A stretch of DNA of 64,000 nucleotides from an uncultured bacterium (GTDB lineage Bacteria; Omnitrophota; Omnitrophia; Omnitrophales; Aquincolibacteriaceae). This document shows positions 1 through 10,127 of this stretch, piece by piece (position 1 is the first letter of the stretch; each line of letters begins with the position of its first letter). Below the pieces are notes generated by a model. The model saw nothing but the letters and a program-made list of their open reading frames with translations, was not told the origin of the DNA and made no database searches. The translations under genes were made by a program, and so were the position numbers. The stretch spans positions 204,554 to 268,553 of the forward strand of contig CAYSSX010000003.1 in NCBI GenBank assembly GCA_964434115.1. The letters run 5' to 3'.

Positions 1-798
1 ACGGAGCGTCCGCATTTTATTGTTCTGGCCGATCCCGTGAGCTGTGACGTGATGAAGATGCTGCATTTGTTTAATCAAGGCTATCCCAAGTCGCCCCTGA
101 TTGGAGGCCTCGCGAGCGCCAATGTGGTGGGGCAGCCCAGCTGGATTGCGCTTGGAGAAGAGTTCCTCAGCGAAGGGGCCGCGGGGGTTGCCCTGCAGGG
201 GCCGGTGGAATTCGAAATCTGCGTGGCTCAGGGGTGCCGGCCGATCGGCGAATCTTACGCCGTGACCAAGGCCGATCAAAATATTCTTTACGAACTGGCG
301 GGAAAACCCGCGCTTGAGGTTTTCCGGCTTGTTTATCAGAAACTTTCCCAGGAAGATCAGGCGCTTGCCCAGCACTCGCTTTTTGTCGGACTTGCCATGG
401 ATGAATTTCAAACGGAACTGCACCGCGGGGATTTTTTGGTGCGCAATATTACGGGAGTTGATCAAACGAACGGCGCGCTTTCGATCGGCGCCATGCTGGA
501 GCCCGGGCAGACCGTGCAGTTTCAGCTTCGCGATGCCCGCAGCTCGGATGAGGATTTAAGCCAGCTTCTTGGAAAAATGACGGGGCGGGAAGTTTCGCGT
601 CCTGAAGGCGCCATTCTTGTGAGCTGCGTGGGGCGCGGCAAAAATCTTTACGGAGTTGAAAATCATGACATCCAGCGCATTCAAGGAGCGCGCGGGCCGA
701 TTCCGCTCGCGGGTTTTTTTGCCAACGGAGAATTCGGCCCGGTGAATCAGAAAAATTATATCCACGGCTACACTTCAAGCCTCACGGTTATCCGCTAA
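1..798 (+). CDS. FIST-domain sensor protein, C-terminal portion; the reading frame is open from base 1, so the 5' end is partial
   Basis: No stop codon in this frame from position 1. The C-terminus has the FIST_C-like segment 'PLAGFFANGEFGPV', which resembles the conserved GFxTxGEIxP ending. Confidence 0.6.
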   Translation, partial: TERPHFIVLADPVSCDVMKMLHLFNQGYPKSPLIGGLASANVVGQPSWIALGEEFLSEGAAGVALQGPVEFEICVAQGCRPIGESYAVTKADQNILYELAGKPALEVFRLVYQKLSQEDQALAQHSLFVGLAMDEFQTELHRGDFLVRNITGVDQTNGALSIGAMLEPGQTVQFQLRDARSSDEDLSQLLGKMTGREVSRPEGAILVSCVGRGKNLYGVENHDIQRIQGARGPIPLAGFFANGEFGPVNQKNYIHGYTSSLTVIR

Positions 799-804
799 AC
801 ACGC

Positions 805-1074
805 ATGAGCCAGCCTAAACCTTTCTTTTTTCATCTTATTGGTATTTGCTCCACGCTCAGCCTTGTGATGATGCTTTTCTACCTTGGCGTGGGAGCCATG
901 CTGGGAGACGGGGAAGTGGCGGCAAGGTTCCTCACGCAATACCCTGGGTCGGAGCCCTTTCTGATTTTCGCGCTCCCTGTGATGCTGGTGGGAAGTCCTG
1001 CCTGGCTGTGGGTCATGACCGAGCCTTGGAGAAAACCGCCGGACCTGAAAGAAAATCCCGGAGAGAAAAATTAA
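805..1074 (+). CDS. small hydrophobic membrane protein, hypothetical
   Basis: The 89-aa ORF has two predicted TM helices (LIGICSTLSLVMMLFYLGVGAML and FLIFALPVMLVGSPAWLWV). I see no recognisable family. Confidence 0.35.
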   Translation: MSQPKPFFFHLIGICSTLSLVMMLFYLGVGAMLGDGEVAARFLTQYPGSEPFLIFALPVMLVGSPAWLWVMTEPWRKPPDLKENPGEKN

Positions 1075-1137
1075 AAAAAGAAGTTTTGGGATTTACCGCC
1101 GGCAGCTTTAAACAGCAAAGGCCGGAAAGGAAAACGA

Positions 1138-1890
1138 ATGAAGCTGATTTCTTGGAATGTGAACGGGATCCGGTCCGCGTTAAAAAAAGGCTTTTTGGAA
1201 TTTGTCCGGAAAGAAAAACCGGATGTGCTTTGTGTGCAGGAGATCAAGGCCATGCCTGAGGATGTGACGGTGGACCTTCCCGGGTATGAACAGTATTGGA
1301 ACTCCGCGGAACGAAGGGGGTATTCAGGCACCGCGGTGTTCACCCGCGTGAAGCCCCTTAAAGTGACCCTGGGTCTGGGGCAGGAAAAGCATGACAAGGA
1401 AGGCCGGGTGATCCGGGCCGAGTTCCCTGACTTTTACCTGGTGAATGTTTATACGCCGAATTCCAAACGGGGTTTGGAGAGGCTTCCTTACAGGACCCAG
1501 GAATGGGACGTGGATTTTCTCGCGGCCATGAAAAAACTCGAAAAGAGAAAGCCTGTGATTTTCTGCGGAGACCTCAATGTCGCGCACACAGAAATCGACC
1601 TGGCCAACCCCAAGGCGAATGTCAAAAATCATGGCTTTACCCCGGAGGAGCGCGCCGGCTTTGACCGGATTGTGGCCCGCGGGTTTGTGGATTCCTTCCG
1701 TGTGTTTCAAAAGGGCGGCAATCACTACACCTGGTGGAGCCCCATGTCCAACGCGCGAAGCCGGAACATCGGATGGCGCATTGATTATTTTTGTATTTCC
1801 AAATCGCTTTTGCCCCGTTTGAAAAAGGCCTGGATCCTTCCGGAGGTGATGGGGTCGGATCATTGTCCCGTTGCCATTGAGCTCGCCTGA
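1138..1890 (+). CDS. xth: exodeoxyribonuclease III (AP endonuclease, ExoIII/APE1 family)
   Basis: The N-terminal '[13 protein letters not shown]' and C-terminal 'GWRIDY...SDHCPV' are the hallmark motifs of the ExoIII family. Confidence 0.9.
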   Translation: MKLISWNVNGIRSALKKGFLEFVRKEKPDVLCVQEIKAMPEDVTVDLPGYEQYWNSAERRGYSGTAVFTRVKPLKVTLGLGQEKHDKEGRVIRAEFPDFYLVNVYTPNSKRGLERLPYRTQEWDVDFLAAMKKLEKRKPVIFCGDLNVAHTEIDLANPKANVKNHGFTPEERAGFDRIVARGFVDSFRVFQKGGNHYTWWSPMSNARSRNIGWRIDYFCISKSLLPRLKKAWILPEVMGSDHCPVAIELA

Positions 1891-1893
1891 TTT

Positions 1894-2802
1894 ATGGTTC
1901 CCCTTGTCCGAGATCGGTTTTTTCTAGCCAAAGTTTTGCTTTCTTTTTTTGTCATCTATGTTTTTTGGGGAGGAACTTTTTTTGCGCGCAAGGCCGCGCT
2001 CGAAACTCTGCCGCCTTTCCTTTTGGCCGGCGCGCAGTTTACGCTTGCCGGACTCTTGATGGGGGCGGGAAGCCGGCTCGCGGGGTGCCGGGACAAAATT
2101 TCGGCAAAGGACATTGGAGAAGCCCTGCTTCCGGGATTTCTTATTCTTTCCTGCGGAACCGGACTCTTGGCGTGGGCGCAGCAGAAAGTCCCTTCCGGAA
2201 TTGCGTCGCTGCTCACGGCCTCGGTTCCGCTATGGATGACTCTGTTGGAGTATGCGGGATCCCGCTCCAGAATTCCGCGGCAAGGCTTGCTAGGAATGGC
2301 TGCGGGGTTCGCGGGTATTTTTATGCTGGTGCTTCCTGAAGGCCTCTCTCCGGCCGTGGATCCGCTGGGTGCGGCCGTGCTTCTTTTGGCCGCGCTCCTT
2401 TGGTCTTTGGGTTCGTTTTTATGCCGGGACCGGGGCCGGCATCTTCCGGAACCTGTCTGGTTGAGTTTGCAGCTTGTCTGGGGAGGAGTCCTGCTTCTGG
2501 TTGTTGCCGCGGCTTCAGGGGAGACTGCCGGTTTTTCCCTTGCCCGGGTTTCTGGAGTTTCAGCCGCGGCTTTTGTTTATCTGGTTTTCTTCGGAGGAAT
2601 TTCCGGATTCATTGCCTATGCCTGGCTTCTCCGGCATTGTTCGGCTTCGGCGGTTGCCACGCACGCCTTTGTGAACCCGCTCATCGCGGTGCTTCTGGGA
2701 TGGGTCTTGGGCGGTGAAAAGTTAAATATCCTTACGGGTGCCGCGGGCGCGCTGATTCTATTGTCCGTATTTTTAATTTTATCCCTGCGCAGGAAGTCCT
2801 GA
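1894..2802 (+). CDS. EamA/DMT-superfamily transporter
   Basis: The 302-aa polytopic membrane protein shows a two-fold repeated 5-TM pattern typical of EamA/RhaT transporters. Confidence 0.7.
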   Translation: MVPLVRDRFFLAKVLLSFFVIYVFWGGTFFARKAALETLPPFLLAGAQFTLAGLLMGAGSRLAGCRDKISAKDIGEALLPGFLILSCGTGLLAWAQQKVPSGIASLLTASVPLWMTLLEYAGSRSRIPRQGLLGMAAGFAGIFMLVLPEGLSPAVDPLGAAVLLLAALLWSLGSFLCRDRGRHLPEPVWLSLQLVWGGVLLLVVAAASGETAGFSLARVSGVSAAAFVYLVFFGGISGFIAYAWLLRHCSASAVATHAFVNPLIAVLLGWVLGGEKLNILTGAAGALILLSVFLILSLRRKS

Positions 2803-2844
2803 AGCTGTTCTTGAAGAGAACCCCGGAAAAAGTAGAATAGGCCT

Positions 2845-3375
2845 ATGAAAAAGACAACGGAGGTTATTGAATCCGGAAAAAGTGTCCGGGTGGATTTTAC
2901 CGCGACCGCTGACGGACAAGTCGTGGAAAGTACGGCCGGCCGGCCGCCGCTTTATTACACTCAGGGTGATGGACGCGTTCTGCCGGGTTTTCAGAAAAAT
3001 GTCGAAGGGTTGAAAGAAGGCGATGAATGTGAGTTTGACCTTTCTCCGGAAGAAGCCTACGGCCCCTTCCGCGAAGAGGCTGTGGTGGAAGTTCCAAGCT
3101 CCGAAATGCCTCCGCGTGCCTTGAAACCGGGAATGATCCTTCAGGAAACCCTGCCTGACGGAACCGTGAAGGTCGGGCGCGTCCAGGAAATCCGGGAAGG
3201 AACCGTGGTGATGAATTTCAACCACCCTATGGCGGGAAAAACGCTCCATTACAAAGTCAAAGTCGTGAGCGTGATGTCCGGGGTCTCTCTTTTTTCAAAG
3301 TTTCCTCAAATGAAGTTTGAAAATGAATTGCCCGAGAACGGGGCAGACCCGAAAGGAAAAAAAGATGAAGCGTGA
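2845..3375 (+). CDS. slyD: FKBP-type peptidyl-prolyl cis-trans isomerase (SlyD/FkpB-like)
   Basis: 'GRPPLYYTQGDGRVLPGF' and 'NHPMAGKTLHYKVKVV' match the FKBP_C domain with the SlyD-type insert-in-flap. Confidence 0.8.
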   Translation: MKKTTEVIESGKSVRVDFTATADGQVVESTAGRPPLYYTQGDGRVLPGFQKNVEGLKEGDECEFDLSPEEAYGPFREEAVVEVPSSEMPPRALKPGMILQETLPDGTVKVGRVQEIREGTVVMNFNHPMAGKTLHYKVKVVSVMSGVSLFSKFPQMKFENELPENGADPKGKKDEA

Positions 3376-3679
3376 ACTTGCCGGTGTGGTGGCATGCCTT
3401 CAGGAAATTGAAATCGCCTGCAAAAAACTGGAACCCCGGGAAGGGCTGAAAAACGCCCAGGAAATCCCGGAGATCCTGGCGCTGATCCGGGATTTTTTCA
3501 GGACCGAGGATGTTGAGAAAGCGCGTGAAGTCGAAGAACGGCTTGTGGATCTTCAGGTGGGGTTTCGCGACGAGGGCGGGGAGAATCTGATTTCAGCCGA
3601 AGTGGAAGTGGACGGAATCAAGACCACGCTTGGGAACCTCCGGGTGGAGCTTGATGAAGTGCTTGAGGATTTGGGGTGA
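3365..3679 (+). CDS. hypothetical acidic protein, 104 aa
   Basis: The ATG at 3365 follows an AAGGA-like SD and overlaps the slyD stop. Its own stop overlaps the GTG of the next gene (GTGA). No recognisable family. Confidence 0.4.
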   Translation: MKRELAGVVACLQEIEIACKKLEPREGLKNAQEIPEILALIRDFFRTEDVEKAREVEERLVDLQVGFRDEGGENLISAEVEVDGIKTTLGNLRVELDEVLEDLG

Positions 3680-4317
3680 CTGTGACCGGTCCGGCTTTCC
3701 GGATTGTGGGAATCGGCGCCTCCATGACGGCCGGAACGCCGGGTTTTTTTTCTCCGCGCGAGAGACCTCCGGCAGGAGAAGGGGATGAGCGGAGTCAGTA
3801 CGCTTACTGGATGCGCCGCGCGCGCCCGGAGTGGGAAGTTTTAAACCGCGGGATGCGCGGCCAGCGCACGGATCAAATCCTTCAGCGTTTTGAGTTCGAT
3901 GTTCTCGAGAACCGGCCGGAGGTCATGATTCTCATGGCGGGCACCAATGACCTCTATCAGGGTTTAGGTCTTGAAAAGCCTTTGCAGAATTTAAAGCTTA
4001 TGTTCGAAAAAGCCGGCCATGCCGGAATTACTTCCGTTGCCGCATCCATCCCGCCGCTGAATGTCGCGGCCCAGCCCTTAAAAAAACTGATTCTCGAATT
4101 TAATCAAAAGCTTCAGGCCATGACCTCCGAAATGGGGATTGTGTTCTGCGACATTTACCGGGTGATGGAAGACCCCTCGCGGCCGGGATTCATTTCCCGC
4201 TCACCCGACGATGTTCATCCGGATGTGGAAGGTTACCGCAAGGTGGGAGAAGCCTTTGTTCCAGCCGTCGAAGAAGCCCTCCGGCGGGCGGGCCGCCTCA
4301 AGGCGCCGGCAACGTGA
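3676..4317 (+). CDS. SGNH/GDSL-family hydrolase (cytoplasmic paralog)
   Basis: Block I is 'IVGIGASMTAG', with the Ser retained and the usual Asp replaced by Ala. Block III is 'LMAGTNDL' and block V is 'DDVHPD'. It is a paralog of the gene at 10958–11644. Confidence 0.7.
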   Translation: MTVTGPAFRIVGIGASMTAGTPGFFSPRERPPAGEGDERSQYAYWMRRARPEWEVLNRGMRGQRTDQILQRFEFDVLENRPEVMILMAGTNDLYQGLGLEKPLQNLKLMFEKAGHAGITSVAASIPPLNVAAQPLKKLILEFNQKLQAMTSEMGIVFCDIYRVMEDPSRPGFISRSPDDVHPDVEGYRKVGEAFVPAVEEALRRAGRLKAPAT

Positions 4318-5120
4318 TTATGAAACTCTTCCAGAGCGTTATTTTAGGGGTTCTCCTTTTGAGCCGTCTTCCCGCGGTTTTGGCTGAAGAGGTTTCCCTG
4401 GAAATACTCCGGGCCGAAGCGGAAGCCCGGTTTGGTTCTGAAAAGCCGCATTTATGGAGCGAAAATGTTCCGGGTGTTCATCAGCGCTTGACTGTCCCGG
4501 GAAAAACCGCGGCGCTTACGCTGGATGCCTGCGGCTCGGATGGAGACGGGTATGACAAAGACCTGATTGAGTTTCTCCGCTCCAGGAATATTCCCGCCAC
4601 TCTTTTTATCAATGCCCGGTGGATTGATAAGAACCCGGAGGTCTTTAAAAGCCTCGCAGCGGATCCGCTTTTTGAAATTGAGAACCATGGCACTCTTCAC
4701 CGGCCGGCTTCTGTTGCGGGAAATTCAGTTTACGGATTGACAGGAACAAGAAATGCTGCGGAGCTTGTCGATGAGATCGAAATCAATGGCCGGAAAATTG
4801 AGGCGTTGACCGGAAGAAAACCCAGATTTTACAGGTCCGGAACCGCCTATTACGATGAAGCGGCTGTGGGAATTGTTCGTTTTCTCGGATATGAAGCGGC
4901 AGGTTTTGATGTTCTCGGGGACAAGGGCGCGACCTATTCCAGAGGGCAGGTCAAAGAGGCCCTGCTAAAGACTCCCGAAGGAGGGATTATTATCCTGCAC
5001 ATGAATCATCCGGAAAAGGAGACGGCCGAAGGACTTCGTGAAGCTTTGCCCGAACTTCAGAGAAGAGGGTTCCGTTTTATCAAGCTTGAAGAAGGGCTGC
5101 CCCTTAAACCCGCCGTTTGA
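4314..5120 (+). CDS. divergent polysaccharide deacetylase (CE4/NodB-like) family protein, secreted
   Basis: The signal peptide is 'LLLSRLPAVLAEE'. CE4-like motifs are 'TLDACGS' (TFDDG-like, second Asp replaced by Ala), 'ENHGTLHRP' (HSxxHP-like) and 'RKPRFYR' (RxPY-like). Confidence 0.5.
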   Translation: MIMKLFQSVILGVLLLSRLPAVLAEEVSLEILRAEAEARFGSEKPHLWSENVPGVHQRLTVPGKTAALTLDACGSDGDGYDKDLIEFLRSRNIPATLFINARWIDKNPEVFKSLAADPLFEIENHGTLHRPASVAGNSVYGLTGTRNAAELVDEIEINGRKIEALTGRKPRFYRSGTAYYDEAAVGIVRFLGYEAAGFDVLGDKGATYSRGQVKEALLKTPEGGIIILHMNHPEKETAEGLREALPELQRRGFRFIKLEEGLPLKPAV

Positions 5121-5183
5121 TGCAAAAATTTCCTAAAATTTCTCCTGAGTTATGGTAAACTACGCGCCCTTACCCCCCGGAGT

Positions 5184-6077
5184 TTGAGGAGTCCCATGAA
5201 TCAACTGGATAAACTGGAAAGTCAGTCTGTCTATATCTTCCGCGAAGCGTACGCGAGCTTCAAGAGCCTGGCTATGCTTTGGTCGATCGGAAAAGACAGC
5301 ACGGTTCTGCTTTGGCTGGCCCGGAAAGCCTTTTTCGGCCATGTGCCTTTTCCGCTGGTCCATATCGATACCTCCTATAAAGTCCCTGAAATGATTGAGT
5401 ACCGCGACCGCCTTGCCCTGGAGTGGAAACTCAACATGATTTATGGCCAGAACCAGGAAGCCTTGAAGGCCAAACAAACTTACCCGGACGGTGCTCTGGA
5501 CCGCGTGTCCTGCTGCAAAGCGCTCAAGACGGACGCGCTCCGCAACACCCTTTCCGGAAACTGGACCCGCTTCCGCCTTGATCACAATCTGAAAAAATAT
5601 GTTCCGGACGCGAATCAAGAACCTTACACAGGCGTGATTGTCGGCGTTCGCGCGGACGAAGAGGGAAGCCGTTCCAAGGAACGGTATTTTTCGCCGCGTG
5701 ACAAACGCAATGACTGGGATGTGGGGGATCAGCCGCCCGAACTCTGGAATCAATTTAAAACGGACTTTGCCCCCGGAACCCACATCCGCGTTCATCCGCT
5801 TCTGGACTGGACCGAGCTGGACATCTGGGAATACATTGACCGCGAAAACATTCCCGTGACGTCCCTTTATTTTGACCGGGGCGAGGGCAAACGCTACCGC
5901 TCGCTTGGCTGCTACCCCTGCACGTTTCCCGTGGAATCGACGGCGAAAAACATCAAGGAAATCATTCAGGAATTAAAAACCGGCAAGTTCAAGAATATTG
6001 CCGAGCGCGCCGGCCGTGCCCAGGACAAGGAAGACGGCGGCGGTCTTGAGACGCTTCGCCGCGGGGGGTACATGTGA
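5184..6077 (+). CDS. cysD: sulfate adenylyltransferase subunit 2
   Basis: The PAPS-reductase-like PP-loop '[18 protein letters not shown]' and overall similarity to CysD/NodP. Confidence 0.9.
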   Translation: MRSPMNQLDKLESQSVYIFREAYASFKSLAMLWSIGKDSTVLLWLARKAFFGHVPFPLVHIDTSYKVPEMIEYRDRLALEWKLNMIYGQNQEALKAKQTYPDGALDRVSCCKALKTDALRNTLSGNWTRFRLDHNLKKYVPDANQEPYTGVIVGVRADEEGSRSKERYFSPRDKRNDWDVGDQPPELWNQFKTDFAPGTHIRVHPLLDWTELDIWEYIDRENIPVTSLYFDRGEGKRYRSLGCYPCTFPVESTAKNIKEIIQELKTGKFKNIAERAGRAQDKEDGGGLETLRRGGYM

Positions 6078-7891
6078 GCGCCCAGCAGGCCGAAGCCCAG
6101 CAGACTCAGGAAAAAATGAACATCGTGATTGTCGGGCATGTGGACCACGGCAAAAGCACGGTCATCGGGCGTCTCTTGGCGGACACGGGCTCTTTGCCGC
6201 AGGGAAAGCTTGAATCCGTACGTCTTGACTGTGAGCGGAACGCAAAGCCTTTTGAATACGCGTTTCTTCTGGATGCTTTGAAAGATGAACAATCCCAGGG
6301 GATTACCATTGATACGGCCCGCTGTTTTTTCAAGAGCAGCCTTCGCGAGTACATCATTATTGATGCCCCGGGCCACATTGAATTTTTGAAAAACATGATC
6401 AGCGGCGCCGCCCGCGCGGAAGCCGCGCTTCTTGTGATTGATGCCAAGGAAGGCATCCGTGAAAATTCCAAGAGACACGGTTACCTGCTTTCCATGCTGG
6501 GGATCCGTCAGGTCGCGGTTTGCGTGAATAAAATGGACCTTGTGGATTACAGCGAGAAAGTTTTCCGGGACATTGAGACCACCTACCGTGAGTTTTTGAA
6601 ACAGGTGGGGCTGGAGCCCCGGGCTTTTATTCCCATAGCCGCGCGCGAAGGCGTGAACATGATTGAACCTTCTTCCAAACTGTCTTGGTACAAGGGGCCC
6701 AGCGTGCTCAGAATGCTGGATACTTTTGACAAGGCGAAAAAACTTGGGGATCAGCCTTTCCGAATGCCGGTCCAGGCGATCTATAAATTTACGCAGGAAA
6801 ACGATGACCGGCGTATTGTGGCCGGCAAAGTAGAGTCCGGAAAAATCGCAGTCGGGGACGCGGTTATTTTTCTGCCGTCCAACAAGCGTTCTGAAATTAA
6901 AAGCATTGAGCGGTTCAGTGCCCCCCAGCCGGCGCAGGCGGAAGCCGGCTACTCCACGGGATTCACGCTGAAAGAACAGATTTATGTTAACCGCGGCGAC
7001 GTTATGTGCAAAGTGGGGGAACCCCACCCCTCGGTCAGCTCCCTTCTCAAGGTTGAAATTTTCTGGATGGGTAAAAGCCCCATGTCCGTGGGCAAGGAAT
7101 ACAAGCTCAAGCTCGGGACTTCCAAGGTGCCCGTGACCTTGAAGGAAATCCGTAAAATTATTGACGCCTCGGATTTGAAGCACCAGGAAGAAAAGAAAGT
7201 CATTGAACGCCATGACGTTGCCGAATGCGTTTTGGAATGCGGTTCTCCCGTGGCCTTTGACACCGCTGCCGAGATTGAAGCCACCGGCCGGTTTGTTATT
7301 GTCGATCAGTATGATATTGCCGGCGGCGGCATCATCATCGAAATGCTCAAGGATGATCAGGCCGATGTCCGCGAGCAGGTCATTCTCCGCGAGGAAAAGT
7401 GGGATTTCAGCATTGTGGATCCCGAAGCCCGCCAGAAGAAGTACGGGCATTATCCGAAGCTGATTCTCCTGACCGGTAAAGTCGGCGTGGACAAAAAATC
7501 CATCGCTAAAGAGCTTGAAAAGAATCTTTTCGAAGCAGGCTGCAAAACCTACTTCCTTGGGATCGGAAACCTGCTTCGCGGCCTTGACGCGGACCTTGAG
7601 CGTCACAAAGCGGCCCGCCATGAGCATGTCCGGCGCCTTGGGGAAGTTTCGCACTTGATGATGGACGCCGGTCTTTTAGTGCTCGCGACGGCCAGTAATT
7701 TAAACGATGATGAACTCCGGCTTCTTCAGGAAGTTACCAGCCGCGACATGATCCTGATTGTGAACGTCGGCGCCAATGATTTCCGCCAGGGAATCGTGGA
7801 TCTGAACCTGGATCCCGCCAAAAGCATCCAGGAGAATGTCGGGCAGGTTTTAAGCCTGATGAAAGCGTCCGGCGTTTTTCTCCGCGCCTAA
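6074..7891 (+). CDS. cysN: sulfate adenylyltransferase subunit 1 (GTPase CysN) fused to a C-terminal APS-kinase-like domain with degenerate catalytic motifs
   Basis: The GTPase motifs are 'GHVDHGKST', 'DAPGH' and 'NKMD'. The C-terminal ~150 aa align to CysC, but Walker A reads 'GKVGVDKKS' instead of GLSGSGKST and the 'LDGDN' motif reads 'LGIGN'. Confidence 0.85.
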   Translation: MSAQQAEAQQTQEKMNIVIVGHVDHGKSTVIGRLLADTGSLPQGKLESVRLDCERNAKPFEYAFLLDALKDEQSQGITIDTARCFFKSSLREYIIIDAPGHIEFLKNMISGAARAEAALLVIDAKEGIRENSKRHGYLLSMLGIRQVAVCVNKMDLVDYSEKVFRDIETTYREFLKQVGLEPRAFIPIAAREGVNMIEPSSKLSWYKGPSVLRMLDTFDKAKKLGDQPFRMPVQAIYKFTQENDDRRIVAGKVESGKIAVGDAVIFLPSNKRSEIKSIERFSAPQPAQAEAGYSTGFTLKEQIYVNRGDVMCKVGEPHPSVSSLLKVEIFWMGKSPMSVGKEYKLKLGTSKVPVTLKEIRKIIDASDLKHQEEKKVIERHDVAECVLECGSPVAFDTAAEIEATGRFVIVDQYDIAGGGIIIEMLKDDQADVREQVILREEKWDFSIVDPEARQKKYGHYPKLILLTGKVGVDKKSIAKELEKNLFEAGCKTYFLGIGNLLRGLDADLERHKAARHEHVRRLGEVSHLMMDAGLLVLATASNLNDDELRLLQEVTSRDMILIVNVGANDFRQGIVDLNLDPAKSIQENVGQVLSLMKASGVFLRA

Positions 7892-7910
7892 GCAGTTTCT
7901 TTCGGAACCT

Positions 7911-9653
7911 TTGCCCATGAGTTACCTCAAATTTTCATTTACGCTGCTTATGGTCGTTGTTACGGCCTTTGTCCTGATCTATGTGGTCGAAGGCTATTAC
8001 GAAGCCCGCCATTCAGCACCCGCTGACGTTTCTTCCCAGGCCGTTGAGAAAAACCGGTCGATGGTAGATAAGGTCAAGGGCCTTTTCCGCCAGGCGGCGG
8101 TTCCTCCCGGCTCCGAACCCGTGAGTTTTTTCCAAAAAGATAATCATCAGCCGGAAGTTCATCACGGCCTTTGCGTCGCGGCGATGACGGGTGACTTTGA
8201 AAAAACAAAAATGCTTCTGGATGCCGGGATTTCACCCAATACCCGGGATGCCTTTGGGATCCGAGGTATTACCCGGGCGACCCTTTGGGGTCACTACGAA
8301 GTCGTGAAGCTGCTGCTGGAACGCGGCGCCAATGTGAATGAAAAAGAGCGCTTGGGAGTGACACTCCTGATGCTGGCAGCCAATCAGGGGGATGAAAAGC
8401 TTCTGAAACTTTTTCTGGATCACGGCGCTGAAGTGAATGCGCAAAGCGAGGACGGAGAAACCGCGCTTACGACAGCTGCCCGCAAAGGGCATAAAGTGAT
8501 TCTTGAAATGCTGAAAAAGGCGGGCGCCAAATCCACGGAAAAAGCGCAGCCCAAAAAGGCGGTGAAGAAACCGAAGGACGATGAAATGTCATCCCGGTCT
8601 ATCGCGGACCGGCTTTTTTCCAGGAACCGTGAAAGCGAGCGTGAAACGGCCGCTGCTCCCGCGGAAGCGGAAAGTGAAACCCCGCCGCAACCTGCTGAAC
8701 CCGCGGCGGATTTTCCTTCGGCTGATGAAAGCGAGCTTGTGAATCTTCCCGGCGAAGCTCCCAAGGCTTTGTCGTCCGATGCTTTGGCTTGGGCGGCAAA
8801 TGTTTCGCAAGCCTCCATTCAGGAAAATGCCGAGCCTCCGCTCGAGGAAGAGAATGCCGCTCCAAGGGCTGAAATCCGCGAAGAGAGACCCGCGGTATTA
8901 CAGGCTGTGCCTGAGGCAGCCCCGAAAGCGCCTGATGTTACACCCGTTGCCGCACCCAGAAAATTCGAAGATACCCGGGTGCTAACGCCGCCTGTCCGGG
9001 AGGAACCGCTGAAGCCGGTGCTGCCTATGCCTGTTCCGGCCAAACCCGTTTCTCCGGAAGGCGTGAAAGCCAAGAAAGTCGATTTGTCAGCGGTTCCTAC
9101 GGAAGAAGAAATGCTGGAGCAGGCGCTCCTAAGTCTTAATGAAAAGCGTAAAGCGGCACCCGCTCCGGCAGCGCAAGCGGTGGTTCCTCCGCCCGTCCAA
9201 ACCGTGGTGCAGCTGCCGGAACCCAAGCCTTTGCCGCCGGCGCCTGTTTCTCCCGTTACGCCCCCGGCGTCCCAGCCGCAGGAAAGCCAGGATTTTTTTT
9301 CTTTGAAGCAGCCCCCGGCCCCGCCGGCGCGTAAAAATCCGGTTCCTGCCGCCCGCCCCTCCGCCGCGCGCATCTCCCAGGAACTTTTGCATGCCTGTAT
9401 TGTGGGGGATTCAAACCGTGTCCGGATCCTTATTGATGACGGAGCCAATGTGAATACTCGAGGGGCATTGGAAATGACACCCCTGATGATCGCTTCCCAG
9501 GACGGTAATCTGGATGTCGTAAAAGTTCTTTTGCTAAAAGGTGCCGATCTCCGAGCCCAGAACGTGGTCGGTCAGACAGCGCTCCGGCTGGCCATGCTGC
9601 GCGAACGGCGCGAGGTCATTGCGTTTCTTAAAAATCACGGCGCTCCGGAGTAA
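7911..9653 (+). CDS. membrane-anchored ankyrin-repeat protein with a central Pro/Ala/Glu-rich low-complexity spacer
   Basis: There is an N-terminal TM helix 'FTLLMVVVTAFVLIYVV' followed by about 4 ANK repeats ('GxTxLxxAAxxGHxxxVxxLLxxGA'). A ~300-aa P/A/E-rich region follows, then about 3 C-terminal ANK repeats. Confidence 0.75.
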   Translation: MPMSYLKFSFTLLMVVVTAFVLIYVVEGYYEARHSAPADVSSQAVEKNRSMVDKVKGLFRQAAVPPGSEPVSFFQKDNHQPEVHHGLCVAAMTGDFEKTKMLLDAGISPNTRDAFGIRGITRATLWGHYEVVKLLLERGANVNEKERLGVTLLMLAANQGDEKLLKLFLDHGAEVNAQSEDGETALTTAARKGHKVILEMLKKAGAKSTEKAQPKKAVKKPKDDEMSSRSIADRLFSRNRESERETAAAPAEAESETPPQPAEPAADFPSADESELVNLPGEAPKALSSDALAWAANVSQASIQENAEPPLEEENAAPRAEIREERPAVLQAVPEAAPKAPDVTPVAAPRKFEDTRVLTPPVREEPLKPVLPMPVPAKPVSPEGVKAKKVDLSAVPTEEEMLEQALLSLNEKRKAAPAPAAQAVVPPPVQTVVQLPEPKPLPPAPVSPVTPPASQPQESQDFFSLKQPPAPPARKNPVPAARPSAARISQELLHACIVGDSNRVRILIDDGANVNTRGALEMTPLMIASQDGNLDVVKVLLLKGADLRAQNVVGQTALRLAMLRERREVIAFLKNHGAPE

Positions 9654-9662
9654 GGGGATTTT

Positions 9663-10127
9663 ATGGCGCAAAAGTTCTGGCTTATGAAAAGCGAACCGGA
9701 AGTTTACTCGATGGATGACTTACTCCGGGACAAAAAAACTTTCTGGGACGGGGTCCGTAATTATCAAGCCCGCAATTTTATGCGGGATCAGATGAAAAAA
9801 GGGGACCTCGTTTTTTTTTATCACAGTAATGCCGAGCCCCCAGGCATCGCGGGTATTGGCGAAGTTCTTAAAGAAGGTGCGCCGGATAAAACAGCCTTTA
9901 ACAAAAAAGATCCGCACTATGACCCCAAGAGCCGCGAAAATAATCCTGTCTGGTACGGCGTTGAAATAGGGGCCGTAAAGAAATTCAAAGAACTTGTTTC
10001 CCTAGAAGCCTTAAAAAAAATAAAGGGACTTGAAGCCATGCCGCTGCTTCAGCGGGGCCAGCGTCTCTCGGTGCAGCCTGTCAGCGAAAAAGAATGGAAC
10101 ATTATTCTGGAAAGGTTTCCAACGTGA
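9663..10127 (+). CDS. EVE-domain (PUA-like) protein
   Basis: 'FWLMKSEPEVYSMDDL...WDGVRNYQARNFMRDQMKKGDLVFFYHS' is the canonical EVE-domain signature. Confidence 0.8.
   Translation: MAQKFWLMKSEPEVYSMDDLLRDKKTFWDGVRNYQARNFMRDQMKKGDLVFFYHSNAEPPGIAGIGEVLKEGAPDKTAFNKKDPHYDPKSRENNPVWYGVEIGAVKKFKELVSLEALKKIKGLEAMPLLQRGQRLSVQPVSEKEWNIILERFPT

Noticed and set aside
5966-7654. 562-aa − strand ORF, and similar long antisense ORFs at 57103–58680, 49990–50940, 51700–52617, 20839–21528, 34617–35453, 59930–60721 and 8819–9448
   Set aside because: Each lies antisense to a + strand gene with unmistakable family motifs (cysN, secA, uvrC, PAS-GGDEF, aceF, leuS, lnt, ankyrin). Their translations are low-complexity or Arg/Gly-rich shadow ORFs typical of GC-rich antisense frames.
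8580-9400. Apparent repetitiveness at DNA level, a possible tandem repeat or CRISPR-like array
   Set aside because: The periodicity comes from a Pro/Ala/Glu-rich coding region inside the ankyrin gene. There are no exact direct repeats with unique spacers, and no CRISPR array was found anywhere in the window.
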